Program-made: the position numbers and the translations under genes | Shown here: one piece after another, positions 18,872 through 27,060 of the stretch | How the letters are laid out: each line of letters opens with the position of its first letter | Numbering within the stretch: the stretch's first letter is position 1 | From: an uncultured Candidatus Sumerlaeota bacterium | GTDB lineage: Bacteria; Sumerlaeota; Sumerlaeia; MVZB01 | Reading direction: 5' to 3' | Assembly (NCBI GenBank): GCA_964473105.1 | Contig: CAYYNQ010000038.1 | Coordinates: 6,806 to 70,805 of the forward strand | DNA length: 64,000 nucleotides | The notes under the pieces: model-generated | What the model was told of the DNA's origin: nothing | The model's input: the letters and a program-made list of their open reading frames with translations, nothing else | Database searches by the model: none

Positions 18872-20794
18872 ATGGCTAAGAGGAGAAAAGAGAAAACAAT
18901 CAGGCTGACGATGGCACAGGCGATCTGCCGATTTCTGGTTGCGCAATACAGTGAAAGGGACGGGAAGGTTCAGCGTTTCATCCCTTCCATCTTCGGGATC
19001 TTCGGTCACGGCAATGTTGCGGGCCTCGGTCAGGCCATCCTTGAATACTCGAAGGATCTGACCTACTGCCAAGGGCACAACGAGCAGTCCATGGTGCATG
19101 CGGCCGCGGCATTTGCGAAGGAGAAGCAGCGCCTGCAGACCTTCGCCTGTACATCCTCCGTGGGGCCGGGAGCAACCAACATGATCACCGGGGCGGCTGC
19201 TGCAACCATCAACTGCCTGCCCGTCCTTCTTCTTCCCGGCGACTACTATACAACACGACACCAGGGCCCCGTGCTGCAGCAGATTGAAAACCCGACCGCC
19301 GCCGACATCAGCGTCAATGACTGTTTCCGTCCCGTAAGCCGTTATTTCGACCGTGTGACCCGTCCCGAGCACCTGCTGACATGCCTACCCGAGGCAATGC
19401 GCGTGATGACAAGTCCGGCCGAGACCGGGGCTGTTGTGATTGCCATTCCGCAGGATATACAGGCCCATGCCTGGGATTATCCGGCCAACTTCTTCGAGCA
19501 GCGTATCTGGCGGATCGAAAGGCCTCTTCCCCAGCCGCAGCGCATCCGCGAGGCCATCAGGCTCCTGCAGGATGCCCGGCGGCCCATGGTGATAGCGGGT
19601 GGTGGTGTACATTACTCCCAGGCATGGAAGGAACTACAGGATTTCTGTGATCGGTATGGGATTCCGGTTGCCGAGACTTTCGCGGGCAAGGGGGCGATAC
19701 GTAAGAATTCCCCGATGCTGCTCGGCGGCTTCGGGATGGCCGGCAGTACACCATCGCACCCCATTGCCGAGGAAGCCGACCTGGTGCTTCATGTCGGGAC
19801 CCGTCTGACTGACTTCACGACCGGGTCGCAATCGGCCTGGGGCAACCCTGACGTCAGGTTCATCGGGATCAATATCAGTGGTTACCATGCTTTCAAGCAG
19901 GGGGCATTGCCCATTGTTGCTGATGCACGCGAGACCCTCCGCGCGCTGATTGATGCAGGCCGGCGCGGCCGGATCAACACGTCACTGGCATACCAGAAAA
20001 AAATCGGGTCGGTGCTCAGGGCATGGGAACGGGAGAAAAGGGACATCATCTTCGCGGATTACCCCGGTGAGCCGATGAGTCAGGTACAGGTGCTTCAGGC
20101 GCTTAATCAATCGGTTAAATCAGGCGACACGGTGGTCTCGGCCGCGGGTACACCCCCGGCCGATTTCCTCAAACTGTGGGATGCCACGGGTGGGCGGGAC
20201 TGCCACATTGAGTTCGGGTATTCCTGCATGGGCTATGAGTTGCCGGGTGGCGTGGGTACACGCATGGCCCGCAAAAAGGGCGAGGTTTATGTCTTCATTG
20301 GTGACGGTACCTACCTGCTGCTGCCGACAGACTTGATTGTGGCGCTGCAGGAAGGGCTCAAGATGACCGTGATCTTGTCCGAGAATCATGGTTACCAGTC
20401 GATCCACGCCCTGCAGCGTCACCGGGTGCGGCGGAGTTTTGGCAACGAGTTCAGACACCGCAAGCAGACCTCAGACCGGTTGGACGGGAAGTTCATCAAT
20501 ATTGATCTCGCAAAGAACGCGGAGAGCATGGGCGCCCGATCATGGAATGTCGGCACCATCCCCGAGTTCGAGCAGGCTCTGGCCGAGGCACGTCGTGTCA
20601 AGGAGTCCTGTGTGATTGTCTGCGAGGTGGATACCTACCGTCAGTTCCCGGGATCGGGTATTTGGTGGGATGTCGCGGCCGCGGAAGTCAGCCGTGATGC
20701 GGTGACACGCCAGAGCCGTAGGGAATACGAGCGGGAACGCGCAAAATTTCAGCGTTACTACTACCACACGCCCGTTCCTGAAAAGAGGAAATAA
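18872..20794 (+). CDS. iolD: 3D-(3,5/4)-trihydroxycyclohexane-1,2-dione acylhydrolase (ThDP-dependent ring-cleaving enzyme)
   Basis: 640 aa. The N-terminus RLTMAQAICRFLVAQY..IFGIFGHGNVAGLGQA..GHNEQSMVHAA..TSSVGPGATN tracks the Bacillus IolD sequence as I remember it. GYSCMGYELPG and IGDGTYLLL form the ThDP motif region. A GGAG-rich Shine-Dalgarno (SD) sequence precedes the ATG. Confidence 0.85.
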   Translation: MAKRRKEKTIRLTMAQAICRFLVAQYSERDGKVQRFIPSIFGIFGHGNVAGLGQAILEYSKDLTYCQGHNEQSMVHAAAAFAKEKQRLQTFACTSSVGPGATNMITGAAAATINCLPVLLLPGDYYTTRHQGPVLQQIENPTAADISVNDCFRPVSRYFDRVTRPEHLLTCLPEAMRVMTSPAETGAVVIAIPQDIQAHAWDYPANFFEQRIWRIERPLPQPQRIREAIRLLQDARRPMVIAGGGVHYSQAWKELQDFCDRYGIPVAETFAGKGAIRKNSPMLLGGFGMAGSTPSHPIAEEADLVLHVGTRLTDFTTGSQSAWGNPDVRFIGINISGYHAFKQGALPIVADARETLRALIDAGRRGRINTSLAYQKKIGSVLRAWEREKRDIIFADYPGEPMSQVQVLQALNQSVKSGDTVVSAAGTPPADFLKLWDATGGRDCHIEFGYSCMGYELPGGVGTRMARKKGEVYVFIGDGTYLLLPTDLIVALQEGLKMTVILSENHGYQSIHALQRHRVRRSFGNEFRHRKQTSDRLDGKFINIDLAKNAESMGARSWNVGTIPEFEQALAEARRVKESCVIVCEVDTYRQFPGSGIWWDVAAAEVSRDAVTRQSRREYERERAKFQRYYYHTPVPEKRK

Positions 20795-21056
20795 GGCCGG
20801 ATTTCTTCGTGTCAAGTCTGGTCGCGATATGGACCACATCACGGCCCGGTGTCCCGGCCTCGTCTTTCAAACCTATCGGGCCCGGGCATTAAGTGAATCG
20901 GAGGCGTGCTGTATGATCGGTTTTGGCAGCGGATGACAACATTACAGTGGACCCTCAACATCCTTTCTGCCAATCAGGTTTATTTTGGCCGTCGAGATGG
21001 GTTGCCATACCGGGTCGTGTCGGCCTGTAGACTGAAAAGTATTCGGATTTTCCAGA

Positions 21057-22808
21057 ATGAAAACACAAATAGCACAACTTCTCGTGTTTCTTCTCCTGGC
21101 TGACTGGGTTTCAGCCGAACCCTCCATCGGTTCCATGGTGCCCCGGGCGGCTCAGAGAGGGACCACCGTCACCCTTGAGCTTTGGGGCGGCGGTCTCGAA
21201 CATGTCCATTCCGTCTGGGTCGAAGATACGGATCTGGATTTCCGGATTGTTCCTGATGTGCCGAAACCCGAATTGAGAATCGAGGTTGGCATTCCCGCGG
21301 ACCATGCTCCCAAGACATACGGCATTCGACTCGTCTCACATGCCGGGGTATCCGCCTTGGCGGAGTTTCGCGTGACCGGTGAGCCCTGTGTCCTTGAAAC
21401 CGATACCACCCATGATTTGGCTGCGAACGCCCAGTTGCTGGAGGTGCCCTCGATCATCCAGGGCACTGTTGGCGAGGCGGGTGCGCGCGACCTTTACGCC
21501 ATTGATGTCGAGGCCGGTCAGGAACTGTTGATCGAAGGCCTGACCATCGGTCGCGGCGCCACATCGGGATTCTCACTCAGTGCCGGATTCAGGATGGTCT
21601 TTGCGCTTTATCGTCAGGCTGAGAACTGGTTTGAGGGGAAACGCATCGTTCGTCTGGGGGAGGGAAACAGCCCGCCACGACTTCGATACCATTTTGAGGA
21701 AAGCGGACGTTATTATATCGCCGTTTGGGGGTTTCTAGGCGAGGGCAAGCAGGATATGCACTATATGTTGCGCATCACGGATCAACCATCTGCACCCGGC
21801 GCGTTCATCCCGGAATATGTGACCTGGGGGGGTGAATTCCAGCGCAATCTTCCGGTTTCCCGTCTGCGTGACCTCTGGAATGGGATTGTTTATGTCGCCG
21901 CCTCGCCTCCTCAAGAGGATGAGGAGGAAAAGGGGGAGCCTCGCAAGGGCTGGGAGATGCCCACTGATGAGGATGTCCCGGTTCTACTGGAGTCCAGTCC
22001 CGACACGGGCACGCTGGTTGCATCCGTTCAGATTCCAACCCTGATGGAGGGGACGATCGGTTCGCCCGGCGATGTCGATGAATATGCGTTCAGTGCGGCC
22101 AAAGGTGATCGGATTGCCATTGAGATTCAGGCTCCCAAGGCCCGTCCGGCTTATTTCAACCCCTACATTCGGGTCCTTGCCGATGACGAAAGTGAGGTGT
22201 GCTCGAACCTCTACAAGAAGGTCGAGGGGGATGGTGATGACTGGGTGCGTCACCTGCAGAATAGAATCATCTATACCTTCCGGTTGGGTGGACAATACCG
22301 TCTACAGGTTCGCGACGTCACGTTTCGCGAGGGTGCGGATGATTTTGTCTATCGGGTGTTATTGAGACCTCAGGTGCCGCACATCAGTTCGATTGCGGTC
22401 GAAGGCGACCGGCTGAATCTGCATCGGGATCGAGCCACGAAAATCAAGATGACTGTTCACCAGGAGGAGGGTTTCAAGGGGGATGTTGCATTTATCGTCG
22501 AGAACCTTCCCGAGGGTGTGATTGCCCTTCCTGCCGCCGATGTCGAACCGGACAAGGGAGTCCCCTTCCCGACAGTCCATCCGGAGTGGTATGAGGGTAA
22601 AAAGCGCGAAGTCGCGTTACAGCTGCTGGTTGGTCCCGATGCCCCTCCAACCGACAGCCCCCGGTGGATTGAAATCAAGGCCCGGCAGATTGCACACGGC
22701 CAGGTCGGCGAGCCGTATTCCGTCCGTAAAATCCTTGCAACGGTGACCGGGCCCGCGCCTGCGAAACAGGATCCCGTTGTCGATGCATCAGGAGGGGAGG
22801 CGCCATGA
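21057..22808 (+). CDS. secreted multi-beta-sandwich protein of unknown function ('A1'; two pre-peptidase-C-terminal-like modules flanked by Ig-like modules)
   Basis: 583 aa. Signal peptide MKTQIAQLLVFLLLADWVSA. Two modules have the pattern IQGT(V/I)G..G(D)xDxYA(I/F)..(A)G(Q/D)..I(E).. followed by YY/YR-rich strands. It is a clear paralogue of the protein at 33129-34961. Its stop overlaps the next gene's start (ATGA). Confidence 0.8.
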   Translation: MKTQIAQLLVFLLLADWVSAEPSIGSMVPRAAQRGTTVTLELWGGGLEHVHSVWVEDTDLDFRIVPDVPKPELRIEVGIPADHAPKTYGIRLVSHAGVSALAEFRVTGEPCVLETDTTHDLAANAQLLEVPSIIQGTVGEAGARDLYAIDVEAGQELLIEGLTIGRGATSGFSLSAGFRMVFALYRQAENWFEGKRIVRLGEGNSPPRLRYHFEESGRYYIAVWGFLGEGKQDMHYMLRITDQPSAPGAFIPEYVTWGGEFQRNLPVSRLRDLWNGIVYVAASPPQEDEEEKGEPRKGWEMPTDEDVPVLLESSPDTGTLVASVQIPTLMEGTIGSPGDVDEYAFSAAKGDRIAIEIQAPKARPAYFNPYIRVLADDESEVCSNLYKKVEGDGDDWVRHLQNRIIYTFRLGGQYRLQVRDVTFREGADDFVYRVLLRPQVPHISSIAVEGDRLNLHRDRATKIKMTVHQEEGFKGDVAFIVENLPEGVIALPAADVEPDKGVPFPTVHPEWYEGKKREVALQLLVGPDAPPTDSPRWIEIKARQIAHGQVGEPYSVRKILATVTGPAPAKQDPVVDASGGEAP

Positions 22809-25681
22809 ATCCGCGTTTCCGGATCATCAATCCCGTCATGTTCAAGATCACGGTCGCGATCGTGCTTGCGCTTGCTGTGCTTTGGCCGGTGAATGGGGAT
22901 CATCATGTTTCCCTGGCCCCGGACATGGAGGAAGCGGAACTTCTTTATGAAGACCGCTGCTCGATTTGTCACGAGGAGGACGGCAACTCGGATATCGAGA
23001 AGCTGAACCTTGTCGATCACCTCTGGAAACACGGGGGCTCACTTGAACAGATCGGGAAGACGATCAGCGAGGGGATCCCCGGGACCAAGATGAAGCCCCA
23101 GCGCGACAAGTTGACCGCCGAACAGATTCGCGGGCTGGCCGCTTTTGTCAAGCATCTGGAGAAGACCATGCATGGGAAAACCACAGGACCTGTGGATAGT
23201 CCCGATGCATCCGGTATCGATGACAGAGTCAGGCGTGATGTCCCCGATCTGGACATGTTACCCAAATTGGAGTTACTTCGCCTGCTGCCTGCGACGTTCG
23301 AGCTCAACGGCCCGCAAGCCGCCCAGGAGTTGATCGTGATGGGTATCTTCGCCGACGGGATTGAACGCGATCTGACCGCGGCCAGCCGGTTCTCCGTCTC
23401 GGATCCGGAACTGGCAGATGTTCATCCCTCGGGCCGGTTGGCCGCGAAATCGGATGGTGAAACGAGCCTGCGGGCCGAGGTTGCCGGCCGGTTTATCGAA
23501 CACCCTGTTCGTATACGGGGCACAGGGGAGGAACGGCCCTTCAATTTTGGCCGCGAAATCGGCGGCGTCTTGACGCGCAACGGCTGCAACGCCTATGACT
23601 GCCACGGCGGGATCAAGGGCCGTGCAGGTTTCAAGTTGTCATTTAATGGACTGCGTCCCGCAGAAGACTATGAATGGATTGTGCAGGGCGGCGGCTTCCA
23701 GGTCTTGACCGATGAAATTCTCGGCGAACGCATGCCACGGGTGAATACCGGGGACCCGGGGGAAAGCCTGATCCTGCTGAAGCCGACGATGCAACTCGAT
23801 CATGAGGGCGGAAAACGTCTCTATAAGGATAGCCCCCAGTATCGCATCCTGCTGGAATGGATCCGTGCCGGTGCCCCTGATTCGGACCCGGAAGCCGTCC
23901 AGTATCAGATCAGGAACCTGATCGTGCATCCGGCCGAGTCCGTCCTGCTGCCCGACCAGACCCAGAAGATCGTCGTCATGGCCGAGCTGGCTGACGGTAG
24001 TATCGAGGACATCACCGACCAGGTCTATTTCAGGTCTAACAACAAGGATATCGCAAGGATGATTGCCCCGGGCATCGTGCAGGCCCGAATTGCCGGCGAG
24101 GCCGACATCATTATCCGTGCCGTTGGCCGTTCCGGCAGCGCGCGAATCGGTGTCATCCGGAAACCTGTCCCTGAAATCGCTCTCCCACCCGCGAACAATC
24201 TCATTGATGAAAACGTGTTCGCGAAGCTTCAGAAGTTTCACCTGGTCCCTTCGGACCTGTCCTCGGACGGCGAGTTCCTGCGAAGGATCTGCCTTGACCT
24301 GACCGGGCGGCTCCCACCTGCCCATCGTGCACGGGAGTTCCTGGAGGACCCTGATCCCGCCAAACGTGAGGAACTGATCGACATCCTTCTGGAATCACCG
24401 GAATACGATGATTTCTGGACATACCGATTCGCGGACCTGTTCCGTGTCGCCCTCTACACCGGAAATGCATATCCGGCTTTCACCAAGTGGTACCATGAAT
24501 GGATTCGTGAGAACATCGAGACCAATAAATCCTGGGACCAGGTCGCCCGTGAGAGGCTGAGCGCGCAGGGCATGTTCGGGCCGTCCCGTCATTATTTCAT
24601 CGATCGGCCGGCGCAGGATTCCATGGCCGAACAGATTCGTGTGTTCATGGGACGTCGTTTCGATTGTGCACAATGTCATGACCACCCGTTTGAGATCTGG
24701 AGTCAGGACCAGTTCTGGGGACTCACTGCATTCTTCGGCCGGATCGTCGAGATCGGCAAGTACGGCGCCGGCCTGTTCGCCGATCTTCCAGGCGGACATG
24801 GAGACCGTGGCAAGGGAGGCGATATCATCCACCCGAGAAACAAGAAGGTGGTGATCCCCGCTTACCTCGACGGCCATGCCCTGCCTGGGGAAAAACATGA
24901 GGATCCACGCAGGTATTTGGCAGACTGGGTCACAGGGCACTCCTTCTTCTCCGAGGCGATTGTCAACAGGGTCTGGAGCAACTTCTTCGGGCGGGGCATT
25001 GTTGATCCCATCGATGATTTCGGAACGACCAATCCGCCCAGTCACCAGGAATTGCTTGATGAACTCGCCCGTGATTTTGTCGAGAACGGCCATGATATCA
25101 AACAACTTATCCGGCGGATTGTCTCATCGCGCACCTACCAGTTGTCGGGTCGGCCCAACGAGACTAACAGGCATGACCGGGTCAACTACTCCCATGCGAT
25201 CAACCGGCCGCTGGATGCCGAGGTGCTGCTCGACGCGATTGTCGATGTCACCCAGGTTGGAGAGGTCTTCAACCGGCTGCGGGGTGGGATTGCACCCGGT
25301 GGTACACGTGCCATCCAGCTCCGTGAGACCGATGCATATCCCTCCATATTCATGGATGCCTGGGGACGGCCCGACCGGCTGATGATCCCTGAACGTGATG
25401 GCCTGCCCAATATTCAGCAGGCGATGCATGCATTTGCGGGAAAAACTTTCACGGAGAAGCTCGAAACGGAATCAGGTCGCATCGGCAGGCTTGTTGAGAA
25501 CAATGCGACCAACCGGCAGGTGATCGATGAATTCTGCCTGGCTGCACTTACACGTTACCCGACCGAACGCGAGGTGACCGCGCTGGAAAACCTGATTAAC
25601 AGCAGGCCATCACGTCGCGAAGCCATCGAGGACATGGTCTGGGGGTTGATTAATTCGCGCGAATTTTCGTATAATCACTAG
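22805..25681 (+). CDS. planctomycete cytochrome-c domain + Big_2-like + DUF1549 (PSCyt2) + DUF1553 (PSD1) protein ('B1')
   Basis: 958 aa with a hydrophobic Sec-type N-terminus. Motifs: CSICH (nt 22958-22972), GCNAYDCHGG (23585-23605), the DUF1549-type FLRRICLDLTGRLPP..REELIDILLESPEY, and the DUF1553-type FDCAQCHDHPFE (24665-24679). Confidence 0.9.
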   Translation: MNPRFRIINPVMFKITVAIVLALAVLWPVNGDHHVSLAPDMEEAELLYEDRCSICHEEDGNSDIEKLNLVDHLWKHGGSLEQIGKTISEGIPGTKMKPQRDKLTAEQIRGLAAFVKHLEKTMHGKTTGPVDSPDASGIDDRVRRDVPDLDMLPKLELLRLLPATFELNGPQAAQELIVMGIFADGIERDLTAASRFSVSDPELADVHPSGRLAAKSDGETSLRAEVAGRFIEHPVRIRGTGEERPFNFGREIGGVLTRNGCNAYDCHGGIKGRAGFKLSFNGLRPAEDYEWIVQGGGFQVLTDEILGERMPRVNTGDPGESLILLKPTMQLDHEGGKRLYKDSPQYRILLEWIRAGAPDSDPEAVQYQIRNLIVHPAESVLLPDQTQKIVVMAELADGSIEDITDQVYFRSNNKDIARMIAPGIVQARIAGEADIIIRAVGRSGSARIGVIRKPVPEIALPPANNLIDENVFAKLQKFHLVPSDLSSDGEFLRRICLDLTGRLPPAHRAREFLEDPDPAKREELIDILLESPEYDDFWTYRFADLFRVALYTGNAYPAFTKWYHEWIRENIETNKSWDQVARERLSAQGMFGPSRHYFIDRPAQDSMAEQIRVFMGRRFDCAQCHDHPFEIWSQDQFWGLTAFFGRIVEIGKYGAGLFADLPGGHGDRGKGGDIIHPRNKKVVIPAYLDGHALPGEKHEDPRRYLADWVTGHSFFSEAIVNRVWSNFFGRGIVDPIDDFGTTNPPSHQELLDELARDFVENGHDIKQLIRRIVSSRTYQLSGRPNETNRHDRVNYSHAINRPLDAEVLLDAIVDVTQVGEVFNRLRGGIAPGGTRAIQLRETDAYPSIFMDAWGRPDRLMIPERDGLPNIQQAMHAFAGKTFTEKLETESGRIGRLVENNATNRQVIDEFCLAALTRYPTEREVTALENLINSRPSRREAIEDMVWGLINSREFSYNH

Positions 25682-25701
25682 ATAACCATGGATGGACACG
25701 A

Positions 25702-27060
25702 ATGAAGAACAAACAGAAGACCAGAACGTTCGGCTGCCTGAGCTGCACTGAGGAACAGGTTCGACGGCGTGATTTTCTGCGCATCGGTTCGCTCGGGCTG
25801 CTCGGTATCAGTCTGGGGCAGTTCCTGCAGGCCCGGTCAGTCATGGCTGCCGCGAAAGAGGCCGTCAGGCAGGGCAAGGCCGAGGCCTGTATCCTGATCT
25901 GGCTCGAGGGTGGCGCGAGCCAGATCGATACCTGGGATCCCAAGCCCAACAGCAACTTTCGTGCGATTTCAACCAACGTGCCGGGAATCCAGGTCTCGGA
26001 ACTTCTGCCCCAGTGTGCGAGACACATGGATAAACTCTCCATCATCCGCACGATGCAGACCGAGGAACAAAACCATCCGGCGGCAACCCACTATGCTGTC
26101 ACCGGTCACCGGCCCAATCCCGCCATGCAGTTTCCGGGATTTGGTGCGGTGATCAGTCGCGAGAAGGGCAGGCGGGGTGTCATTCCGCCCCACGTCCTTG
26201 TCCCGGAGTGGGAAAGGGAACGCCAGTATGAAAAATATTTTGGCTCGGCCTTCATCGGTGCCGAGTTCAACCCGATGGTGATCCCTGATCCCAGCGCGGA
26301 GGATTTCGAGGTGGCCGACTTGCGGCTTCCCAAGTCGATCACCCCTGAAAGAATCGAGGACCGCCGCACATTCATGGAGATTTGGGACAGTTTTCACCGT
26401 GAAAAAGCCGAGATGGCCGAGTATGGCGCCATGGATGATTTTCGACAACGCGCGCTGGACATGCTGACTACCCGGGCTGTTCGGGATGCGTTCGACCTCT
26501 CGCAGGAACCGGACACGGTGAGGGATCGTTACGGGCGGGACGGCGTCGGCCAGAGCGTCTTGATGGCCCGAAGACTTGTCGAGGCCGGCAGCCGGTTCGT
26601 GACGGCAGCCGGTTACGGCACCAACCAGTGGGATGCCCACTCGGATAATGACAAAAAACATCGCGATCTCCTTGTTCCGCCGCTCGATATTTCCCTGTCG
26701 GCGCTGCTCGATGACCTTGAGGAACGCGGCATGCTGGATTCGACGGTCGTAATCTCGATGGGTGAATTCGGACGCACCCCGCACATCAATCCCAACCTCG
26801 GTCGTGACCACTGGCCCGACTGCTGGTCGCTGGTGATTGGCGGAGGCGGCATCCGCGGGGGTCAGGTTATCGGTGAAAGCGATGAGAGGGGAGCCTATAT
26901 CGCGGATCGCAGGGTGACGATGGGTGATGTTTACGCCACGATCTACAAGGCGCTCGGGATCGACTGGACCAAGGAATACATGCACCCGATCGGGCGCCCG
27001 GTCAAGATTGCCAACTCGATCGATGACGAGACCGGTCGTCCAATTGAGGAGCTTCTCTGA
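25702..27060 (+). CDS. DUF1501 protein, Tat-exported, alkaline-phosphatase/sulfatase-like superfamily ('C1')
   Basis: 452 aa. RRRDFLRIGSLGLLG is a twin-arginine signal. Other motifs: LEGGASQIDTWDPKP, MGEFGRTPHINPNLGRDHWPDCWS. Confidence 0.9.
   Translation: MKNKQKTRTFGCLSCTEEQVRRRDFLRIGSLGLLGISLGQFLQARSVMAAAKEAVRQGKAEACILIWLEGGASQIDTWDPKPNSNFRAISTNVPGIQVSELLPQCARHMDKLSIIRTMQTEEQNHPAATHYAVTGHRPNPAMQFPGFGAVISREKGRRGVIPPHVLVPEWERERQYEKYFGSAFIGAEFNPMVIPDPSAEDFEVADLRLPKSITPERIEDRRTFMEIWDSFHREKAEMAEYGAMDDFRQRALDMLTTRAVRDAFDLSQEPDTVRDRYGRDGVGQSVLMARRLVEAGSRFVTAAGYGTNQWDAHSDNDKKHRDLLVPPLDISLSALLDDLEERGMLDSTVVISMGEFGRTPHINPNLGRDHWPDCWSLVIGGGGIRGGQVIGESDERGAYIADRRVTMGDVYATIYKALGIDWTKEYMHPIGRPVKIANSIDDETGRPIEELL

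Noticed and set aside
20843-20869. A hairpin after iolD (GGCC-C-GG TGT CC-C-GGCC followed by TCGTCTTTC) as a terminator. Similar weak hairpins lie at 62797-62816 (GGGCGG..CCGCCC) and 56692-56713 (GGCTG..CAGCC).
   Set aside because: The stems are only 4-6 bp, with mismatches or long loops, and lack a proper U-tract. They are not strong enough to annotate.
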